DNA from: Amphiscolops sp. MND2022
Taxonomy: Eukaryota
NCBI GenBank assembly: GCA_964187785.1
Contig: OZ076409.1
Span: 36,210,001-36,274,000 of the forward strand
Length of the DNA: 64,000 nucleotides
Direction: 5' to 3'
Shown here in pieces: positions 13,514 through 23,234 of this stretch. A program made the translations under genes and the position numbers. The first letter of the stretch is position 1. The number at the start of each line of letters is the position of its first letter. The notes below the pieces were generated by a model that had not been told where the DNA came from, did no database searches, and was given only the letters and a program-made list of their open reading frames with translations.

Positions 13514-14164
13514 TCAGGTTTTAATGTTTTCTTTGTCTTTGAGTGAAAAATATAACTTCCAAGAAACATATGCATCTGTAGCTGCGTAACTAATTTGATC
13601 ACTGTTCAGGGAAAAATTACTCCAACGACTGCAACGTGTGACATGGTCTTTTGGTAATTGCTTTTGGAGAATGTGTTCACAGAGCCTATCCAAACTCCAT
13701 GTTTGACTGGAATTTAAAACATTATTCGCAAGTTCCGATAGCTCAATAAGATCGGTTCCATTGCTAGCGATATCAAATTGTCTCTGCAATCTGTGAATAT
13801 CGTTTCTAATGTTAACACCAGTTTTAAGAACTCGTGGATTCTCGACAAGGCCTTTTAGAGCTTTTGGGAGACAACCAATACTGGCGAGGTGAAAAAGGTA
13901 GACATCTGTCTCACTTGGGCAAATTTGAATCAAGTCAGTCTTTGTATCTTTGTTCGAATTGCTTCCCTGAACATCCCACTCTGAGTCAAATCCAATGACA
14001 AAATTCTCATCATCAAGCCTTTCTAGCATTTCGGTGCATATTAAATTAGCTTCACCCTCATTTTGAACTAGAACCACATTTCCCGTAAATATGCAAAGTT
14101 CCAATTCTTTCGACTTTCCTTTCACCCAAGACGGAAGCTTTCTTTTCTTGCTAATATTGGACAT
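13514..14164 (-). CDS. Stand-alone Werner-syndrome-type DEDDy 3'-5' exonuclease (WRNexo/WEX-like), single exon
   Basis: Intact 216-aa ORF with Exo I GFDSEW, Exo II NIRND and Exo III YAATDAY, plus the WRN-like segments LIQIC, LPKALKGLVENPRVLKTGV and RCSRW. The N-terminus carries RKLPSW. Confidence 0.9.
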   Translation of the reverse strand: MSNISKKRKLPSWVKGKSKELELCIFTGNVVLVQNEGEANLICTEMLERLDDENFVIGFDSEWDVQGSNSNKDTKTDLIQICPSETDVYLFHLASIGCLPKALKGLVENPRVLKTGVNIRNDIHRLQRQFDIASNGTDLIELSELANNVLNSSQTWSLDRLCEHILQKQLPKDHVTRCSRWSNFSLNSDQISYAATDAYVSWKLYFSLKDKENIKT

Positions 14165-14473
14165 GAATCTACCTCAAAAAAAGAACTTGAATTGACTAAG
14201 TTGAGTCAAAATCCAACTAGATCCGGGATCGAGTATCAAACACAAATTCGCTTTAAAATGTTATAATGATAATATATCTGATGAAAATCTGGATCGATTC
14301 TGCAACTATTCTGGATGGATAGATTTAGACTGGAGAACGTCTCCAGGTCTCGTGGCTTGGGTTTGCTGCAATAAAAGTTGAATGTTGAAACTGAGAACTA
14401 CTTCCTGACCTCTTTGGTTTTTTTTAATATCGCGGATATTTTTTCTGCTAAGACGATCGATTCAAATTTCATG

Positions 14474-14779
14474 TTAGAGGGTGCTGATCATGATGTTGAT
14501 GCCACATTCATTGATTGGCGTGGTCCTCATGATATTTTCCCTTTTGCCTCTCAAAGCTATGAGCGCTGTACGAATGATGGTAAAGGAGATCCGCTTTCGA
14601 ATGAGGATTGTTTTTTCACACAATTTTTCAGACAAAACTAAGTGAAGAGGAGTTGCCTCTTCACCTGTAGCGCCGTTAGTGCTAAAACGAGCTTCATCTA
14701 CCTCAACAAAGGTTATCAAGAAAAACTGGGGACCATTTTCGAACCCGGACAAATATCTTTGATCTGCAAATGATGGCAT
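14474..14779 (-). mobile_element. 3' fragment of a CRE-like retrotransposon (RLE C-terminus)
   Basis: FSTNGATGEEA...IRKRISFTIIRTALIALRGKR matches the C-terminal pattern of CRE-type RLE domains (FST.G.G.EA...R.RLSF.L.R..L.CLRG.R). Confidence 0.6.
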
Positions 14780-15358
14780 ATCTCAGGTACGGTTTGAAAC
14801 GGCTAAAGTTTGAATTTAAGAATCAGGAAAATCAAGTCATCATGAAGGAACTTGATGCAAAAAAATAGTGTAAAAACTTCCAACTGATTTATTCAACATA
14901 TGGAACGTGACATTCTTGCTATTTTCGATCTTACTTGTCTCTCATTATGAGAACAGTCTCAGACTTCGGTCTAAAATGAATCTAAGAAGAGTTAACTTTC
15001 GATTGAGACCACAGTCGAAACTGTTTTTTGAACAAAACTTTTGGGACACTTGTGTATTTATTGCCACTTTCGAAAATCTTTTCTTGACAACAGGCGAAAA
15101 TTTGACATTTCGACGATGAAGAAAAAATAGAATAATTTTTCCATATTTCGAAGCAAAACGTTACATGGGATTTCGCTTAACCCCCTGCCCAATTCTGATT
15201 GCAGTCTTTCTACTACTAAAAGACTTGAATTACCATATGATATACAGTGGTAAGACGAACTAAAGATTCAGCAGGCAACAAGTTTTACATGTGCATATCA
15301 AAAATTGGTTACATTTTGATAATGCACGAAAGAAGATTAGAGGCTAAAACGTCAAGTT

Positions 15359-17584
15359 TCAATTTGAATGTCGATGTTGGTTCGAAGACTGATATTCCAT
15401 GTACCTTTTCAAGCGATTAGCCATGATACAAGCACGTATTCGGAATTGCTCATCAGCTTTATTTAACCGGGATTCAGGTTTTTCGAAGAGACTCAGATTG
15501 TTTATTCGTAGATCTTGGGTTGAGGGCTGTTTGGTATTGATAATAGTTGAGACATCGACTTCATAGCGCTCGTTGAGGGTGGGCGGAAGTAGGTCGAAGG
15601 AACGGGATCGAAAATCAGAGTTAGTCCCCAGGTCGACATACCAAATTTTTGAATGGGATCGAAACAACTCGGATCGAAATTTTTATAACGTAGTCAGATA
15701 TGTTCACATACCCCTAGTGCCCTGAATGCAGGAGCGAAGCGGAACGACGTGCCATATGGCCATGCCTCAATGTTGCTACTTGCCGAAGTGAGCGAAGCGA
15801 CCGAGCCATACAACAAATACGATAAAATTCGACCGCATTCCATTCGATCCCTGCAATTCGATCAAAAGGTTCGACCTCTGTCCTTTCGACCAGAAAAATT
15901 CGACCTATTTACAGCCACCCGCTCGTTGAGAAGCTTGTTGAGAAATTTGGGGTCAGTCATCTGAAGTTGATAGGAGATGGGAAACAGCTTCAAAGCTGTA
16001 AGGCGTTGGTGATAATCTTTGATATCAAGTTTCCATTGAGTCGCTCGTTTCTGAAACGATTCTAACTTGTCAAGCAATTTTTGATTGGGATACCACCTCT
16101 GTGAATTATAGAGGAAACTAGACAGAAAAAAGGATTTAAGCAGAACCATTTCAATTTGGGATCCAACCGAGACTGGTAATTCACGTTTGAGCCAAATCAA
16201 AAGGCCGTTCAGTTGGCCCAGTTTTCTTTATAAGTGTTCATCCCAAGATAGTTCTGGTGTGGGATAGAGACCAAGATCTTTACAGACTTTAGATGTTGAT
16301 AGCCTGAATTCATTGAAGGATGTTTCGGCTTCACAGTAGGGAACTGAGAAAAAGACTGTTTTGTCAGTATTGAACATCATTTCGTTCTTTGAGGCCCAGT
16401 GTACAAGACTTTTTCCGTCTTGTTCTTGAGCTAAAATGTTGGTGTTTGATATTTTAGTATTGTCAGCAAACAGTCTAAGATAATTTGATTGAATTGAATC
16501 AGGGAGGTCATTTATGAAAAAGATAAACAGTAGTGGGCCCAAAACGGAGCCCTGGGGCACACCACTTGTTATTGGCAGAGCAGAGGATAACAGACCATGT
16601 ATCTTTACACATTGGTATCTTTCGGATAATTAAGACCTGAAGAATTGTAACAAATGTCCACAGACTCCGAAGCGATCGAGTTTTTCAACCAGGGTAGCAT
16701 GAGAGACTTTGTCAACTGCCTTTGCAAAATCCACGTATAGTGTGTACATAATTTCTTTATTTTCATTGCAGCGGTATGAATCCATCACAAAGTCGAGCAG
16801 TTGTAAAGTGGTTGATTTGCGTTACATGAAGCCAAACTGTTGAGAAGATCTTGCTTTTTTAACAAATCGATATAATTTATCGAACACTAAGCGCTCCAGT
16901 ACCAGAGAAAGCTTGCTGAGATTACTGATTGGACGATAGGAGGAAACACAATTTCCATTTCCTTTTTTTATAGAGCGGGGTAACATACGATTGTTTCCAT
17001 TGGTTAGGAAAGATGCCAGTTTTTAAAATGTGGTTGAATAAAACGGTCACAGAGCTCATTTGCCAGGCATTGGAGGAGTTTACCAGGAAATTGTTTGGAC
17101 CGTTCCCACTACTTGCATTTTTCAATGCAGAGGAGACTTCTTCCTGGGTGAATTCCAAAGAATCAAGTACATTTTCAACAGGTTTCTCGAAACTTTTCCG
17201 GTTCCTGTGTTTGTTGTAATTTGACACAAAATACAAATTGAACAAATTTTCAACTTGATCTTATCCACTCGCTGTGGCATCGTCCCATGTCACCTCCAGG
17301 GGAATGCTAGTACAGTTTGACAGGCTTTTTATTAGCTTGTAGCACGTGTTGAGACCAGTTTTGTTGTGAGATGTGAATGCCTCTAAGAAGACAACTGTAT
17401 CTAATTCAAGTGAGATTGATAGATTTTCTCGAAGACTGGATTCTACTCGATTATTCATGTCCTTTTTCTTTTGTAGAGTTCGAAGCTGGTTCAATGGGTG
17501 AATGCTGTGGTTGGAATAAAAAAGGGGATACTGTTGCCTGCGGGAACGTTTTTTAGGAATGAATTCATTAAGAATAGATAACAA
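15359..17584 (-). mobile_element. Decayed CR1/L2-like LINE ORF2 (RT and C-terminal region), interrupted by a MITE
   Basis: Motifs WKQSYVTPLYK, PQGSVLGPLLFIFFINDLP, LFADNTK, KDLGL and LESFQKRAT. The reading NKLLNER/LNERYEV is split by the 15577-15920 insertion. Confidence 0.85.
15577..15920. mobile_element. Mutator-like MITE with 9-bp TSD
   Basis: TSD gctcgttga at 15568-15576 and 15921-15929. Imperfect TIRs gggtgg..gtaggtcgaa / ttcgacctat..ccaccc. The arms are rich in tcgaa/ttcga motifs. Confidence 0.8.
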
Positions 17585-18553
17585 AATAAAAAGACAGCTT
17601 TCATTGGTAGTAACTGAGGATCATGTCCAGTCCGGCCGGAATCCGACTTTAATCAGTCCTGTTTGGCTGTACGGCCGGACAGAAATGATCATGTCCGTTG
17701 CACCACAATAAACAAACAAAGAAGTTTCCATAGAGCTGAAGTATGCTGTTTGATACTGTACAACGTCGCAAGCCCTATTATAACTGATCATGAAATGTAT
17801 TGATATAATTTTAGAAGTGTCAATCTATTTCAGAGGGTCATTGTATGAAATAAATGTTATATTGACACTGTTCCTACAAATAGAGGTTTCTCTATGATCT
17901 TCTATTCTAAATGGACGAACAACTCCAGCAATCTACAAATTCCTGCAAACAAGGAACATCTACCCTTCTCCCGTTGGTTCGTTCCTTTGCATCTCATTCC
18001 TAGCAAAGCCTGAACTGGATCTAAACTACAATTGTATCGCTCATGAAAATCACCTTGTAGTATCACGTGTCGTGTACTTCAAGCGTATTCTTTTTATCTG
18101 TCCTTAAAGTATCACGTATCGTGTACTTGAAATCCGTTCCTATATCTACCTTAGTAGCATCACGTATCGTTGCCCCAAGCAGAAAATCAACCAGTGAACG
18201 TGTCCGCCAGCCATGCTGGTGCTCAATTGGTCCATTGAAGGATGTACATAAGCCACGGGGGGTATTGAAGCGGCTCAAGCCTTCTAACTTTTCACAGTGC
18301 ACGGGTATTCACATACCACCGGCGCCTGTCAACAGGCAAAACCCGACCAGGGATTCCAAATAATTGGGTCAGCAAGTATTTGGTATTTGGTTATTTGGTT
18401 CGTTGCTATTTGGGTTTGGTATTGGGGTCTTCACCTTCACCAGTATTTGTAATTGGTATTTGTATTTCTCAAAAATCACTATTTGCAATTGGTATTTGGG
18501 TTGGGTCCGGGACGTTTCGTCGACAACTAATTTCGTCAATAGATTTGTCGAAT

Positions 18554-18960
18554 TGTAACGTCCGGCAAGCGGCGCACATCTAGGAAGAGGGAAAATGCCT
18601 AGGTTGCTTAAACAGGAGACCGTTGTCTTACTACATCTCTAGGCACTAGTTTTTGTTCCCAAAATGCTCTCCAAGGGGGACTTTTCTTTCGTCGAAAGAG
18701 GCTCCTCTAGTTAGAGCTCCGAGGCAACGCACCGGCACTCTCAAAGTCCGGACACTGCCCGCAAGACTGTAAAAACGAATCCAAAGGTTTCCCGCGAGTT
18801 CCTGCGACTCCTACATACTTCCGAGGTCCAAAAAAGTATTTAGTTGAAATTTATTATATTTTGGAAATAAGGACCAAAATGAAGACCTAGTAGAATAAAC
18901 ATCATCCAAATACTCCGTAAACGGTGATAAAGCACGGGGATAAGCCCCAACAACATTACA
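18554..18960. repeat. LTR (tgtaa...ttaca), probable 3' LTR of Gypsy element B or an independent LTR
   Basis: TGTAA/TTACA termini, with a homologous inverted copy at ~51075-51396. No TSD or clear PPT is visible. Confidence 0.65.
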
Positions 18961-19803
18961 GTTTAGGGTTGATCGTCAGTTTGGGTTCTGGCATGATTCA
19001 TCTTTGGGCACTTTCCCAGAGAGATGGCACATTCCGGGGTCTTTCGAACATCATTTCATTCTTCCTTGCATTTGTTTTTTCTGACCTTCTTTTTCTTCTG
19101 TCGTTCTTTTTTTTGCTCTGTCTCCGCGTAGCGTCTTTTTTTTTGTTCCTTTTCCCGCACCTGCTAGTTCAGCCACTTTTATTGAACAGTTTTGATGTCG
19201 CACATTTCGAACTTTTCATCAAAATTTCGTCATGCCAGTGGCTGACGTTACATCCTCCCCGGGCCGTAGTTTCTCGTCCTTGGCAAACGAGGGGGTGCTT
19301 GCACCCAGAGGGTATCTGCGAGGTTGAGGGCCAATTTGGCATCAGGGTTGGGTCTCATCAATATAGCATTATCCATTCGTAGCATCTTTTTCGCATCGAG
19401 ATTAATCAATTCAAAAGGCACATGAGAAAATTGGAAACAGGACAATCAGTTCAAGAACTCTTTTACAGTTTACTCAGTCTAAGTTAAAACCCCTTTTCTA
19501 AAATGTGCCCCAGCGCGGCTAGAGTAATATAACGGTTTGGTTTAGGTAACAGTATTGAGTTGTTGAATTTCAAACTGCAGCGGAAGGGCACCAACCCAGG
19601 ACCCGCCTATTGGGCATAATTAAACTAAACATTGCATGGATAATTTTAAAGTATAATACAAAATATGACGTATAGTACTAAACAAAGCAAAACAAGAACT
19701 TTTAATTGTAGCAGAGACTTCCATCAGCACCTTTTGGTCAACCGAAATTGGTTACAGTATCTTGATAAGTAGTTTTTTTGTTTTAGGGGGCTTTCGTTTG
19801 CTT

Positions 19804-22800
19804 TTATACTTCTGGCTGATCCGCTGGCAGATCTTGCATTGAAGTAATAGCCGCTGGCTCTAAATTTGTGACTGGGTCCGCCACCATGATAATAGACGGA
19901 TTGGGGTTGTCGAGAGTTAGGAGGTTGTTGAGTTCTGACTCGATGTCGGCAGCCTCCATCTGGGATATGAACATGTCGGCTTCGTCTTGGACAAGTGTGG
20001 CGGCACTGGACAGGGTAAAGTTATCATCAGTCATGGGCTCCTCGAGTGGCATGTCGGTAGACAAGTTTTCATGGTGATTTTCTGTTTGGGTCTCAGCTCT
20101 TTCAGGCAGGCTCCTTTCAGGGGGCGGCGAGTGAGAACTGCCAGGGGCAGTTGCATTTACTTCGCCAGTTGCGTTAGTCACACTCCCCTCAGGGAGTTCA
20201 GGTAGGTTGTCGGCCAGCTCTTGATGTCTATATCGCGCGAATAGGCTCTTGAAGGTCTGAATGCCTCAAGCATAGTCTTCGCTCACCAACTGTCCTGGCT
20301 TTTTTTGCCTGCTGTGTAATTCAAGGAATATTTCCATCGCGACTCGCGGGTTACTGGGGACCTATGCACTGATTGGCTGCGTCATCTGGTTGATTCTCGC
20401 GCCACGGAGGGCACTGTGGTTCTCAGGCGTTGGAATAGCTGGTGAACTGCCATACCTACTAGCTCCGGCCGCGACCAGCATGTGGTTGCGTCCAGGATGC
20501 GGGCAGTGTGGACGCGGGGCTCGGCCCGATTGCAGTACATTCGCGAAGTGTCACATACATACGGATAGTGCAGCCCACTGGGCGCTTCTCCCCAATTTTT
20601 GCAGCCTAATCTTTGCACTATCGTGGCTAAGATTCGCAGGATCACTGGTACATCCCATCCTGCAGAGGAATCTACCGCACCTGTGTGCGGATCTATGGGG
20701 ATATGCAACCATACAACCGGGTGGAATACCATGCGCATGGGGAGGGCGCATCGCGCAGGTGCCCGGATTATTGCTGCGAAATTATATTCCACCTATTTTG
20801 GGTCCTTAATCACCGTATAGGCCATGGGGGCCTGAGACAAGCAAAGTTTCTCACTGCAGTTCGGTAAGTAGGACCCCGCTGGTATCCATTTGTGCTTACA
20901 AAGTGCAAAATAGACAATATGGGGGCATGCGCAGTCACTAGTAAGGTTTGTGAGGGGTACCTTAGAGCCATGACGGCGCCGAAGATCGGCCAAATTCTGG
21001 GGGCGATTAGGGGATGAGGTCCTCAGTCTCTACTAGCATAAGGGTAGCCACTTGGGACGGGAAGAGAAAACCAGGGAGCTGCGTGGGCTCCCTATTGACT
21101 GCAGGGTTATTTTCCAGAGGATGCATGATCACAGCAGTGTTACCCCATATGGAATAAATCCATAAGAGGAGGATTTCAATGTGGAGGTCTAGCTGCGCTC
21201 TCAATTGCAGAGGACCCGCTGGGTCCAATGCATCCAAGATCGCGTACAGTCATTTTTTCTGCTTTTGTGCAAACACCAGGTAGCTAAAGAGGTATACACT
21301 TCCCTTGTCGTACACCAGTTTTTGCAGAAGACCGCAAGACCCTCGGTATACTGGGTACACTGCATGCAGGCCAACAGCCATTAGGTACGCCAGGATGTCA
21401 CCCATTGTAGCTCTTTCCATGGCTTCAACGTATAAGCGTAGTCGCTGTTCGTCTAGATCGTATTCCGCATGTACAAATTGGGAAACCAGAATGGGGAGAT
21501 GTTGTACAGGAGCACTGGGAATGATATGTATAGCCGCTCTGCGACTTGGTTCAGTGGTTCAGTTAGCAGCTGATGCCACGTCTGATACGTCAGCTTTGGC
21601 TCCTTTTCGATCTGACTGGCCCGGTCTTGAGCTAGCACTATTAATAGCGCTAGAGTGGAGGACGCCATTCCTGGCTGCGCATCTAGTGCCACGGCTGCCA
21701 CAGGGAACACCGTAGTGTTCATTCGGTCCCCTTTGATTGCTTCTAGAGTCTTGAACAAGGCCACTAGTTTTTTTTGGAGTTTCACCTCATGCGTCTTTTC
21801 GTCAAGCTTGGACTCGTTTCGTAGCTCGTACCACAGGTTATCCACTAGATTCTCACGTTCATGTCCATTTGGGTCGAGCACTTGGCCTACGCCGATTTCG
21901 TCCAAGGATCGGTGCGCCATTTGCATTCCGTAGTCGTACGCTGTTGCTTCGTCGATCAGGAGTTGCGAGTTGCCCTTATACCCGGTGTAAGCTTGTAGGG
22001 CTTTCGACACTTCCGCCAAGAATGCGGGGTAGGACGCTTCGCATGGGCGCCACGTTGTCGTGCTGATCCTCAGGTTTGGAGGCCTCTAGGTAGAAACTCA
22101 GATTCCTCGCGTATGCAGCCTCTAGCACTTGGTATAGGAACTGTTGTATGGGTCCTGGTAGGAACATGTAGCCTGGGGGCGACATGAAGACAGTTCCGGT
22201 GATAGATTTGATGCTCTTCATTGTCCTAGTGATGTTTGACAACGTCTCCACGTAGGATGTAACTTCATCAGTGACGGATCTTTCAGGGAATCTGGGGTGC
22301 TCTGTTTCGAAATATTTCAGTGTCCTCCGCAGATCGAGGTGATCGAGTACATTAGAATAGACTAGCATGGGAGGAAGAGGTCACAGCGAGATGGCAGAAA
22401 ATACCGACAGACTCTTCGCGCCAGCGGCGGCAGAAACGATACGGTATCGTTTCTGCCGCCGCTGGCGCGAAGATTCTGTCGGTAACTTCTGCCATCTCGC
22501 TGAGCAAGGTGCAGGGCATGTTCATCACCCGGACGTCCATCAAGGTTTTGTTGGTGTTGTATTACGACTTCATGGTTGAGTAGACGAAGTAGGATATTCT
22601 CGTCTTCTGCAACAGGTCCTTTCCGATGGGTAGCAAAATGATAAGGTCCCTCGCATAATTTTTGGTCTTCAGGCGTTGCTCGTCATACCGGCCTGGACGC
22701 TAGCGGTTGAATCAGTTCGTCGAATGCAGGGGCTGCAGATACGTAGAACGTTGCCAAGAATTTTGCTGATTCGAAGCTGCTGGCATTCGGTTGCTTGACG

Positions 22801-22810
22801 AAGAGTCCAT
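19804..22810 (-). pseudogene. ~1000-aa accessory ORF downstream of pol in element B, with an N-terminal SGNH-fold-like region
   Basis: A chain of same-strand fragments (22810-22444, 21976-22368, 21453-22019, 21007-21450, 20382-20993, 19804-20340) joined across stops and frameshifts. Confidence 0.6.
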
Positions 22811-23234
22811 CTTTGATAAATGAGATAGCACCGACGATAATTGAGGGGGTGAAGGCAGGATTGAATGATGGTGAATGGGTATATCAGGTGTATCGTGCCG
22901 TATGGAAAGGCCGCACAGAGGCGAGGCAACAGGAAAAAACTGGAAAGCAAGCAGCCGATGAGAATAAAAACAGTTGAGGACCGATTTAACCAACTAAACA
23001 AGATAACACACAAGACGTAAGACTAGGAGATCCATGCAGGTGTGATAAACAGTTTTTCACGACAATACATTGTAGTTAAAAATTTAGAATACGTTCTTTT
23101 GCTTACAACAAAGGGGGGAGAAAAGGGGGAAGGCCGCTGGCCTTTGGATCCCAGGGTAGCAACTCATTATGCGCTTCTGATGGTCGATGTCATCGATGCT
23201 ATGGAGACGTAAACTCTGTCGTGGAGAACTACTT

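Noticed and set aside
14378..14641. Plus-strand host gene divergent from the exonuclease
   Set aside because: No recognisable product, and candidate splicing gives early stops. The opposite strand matches a CRE RLE fragment.
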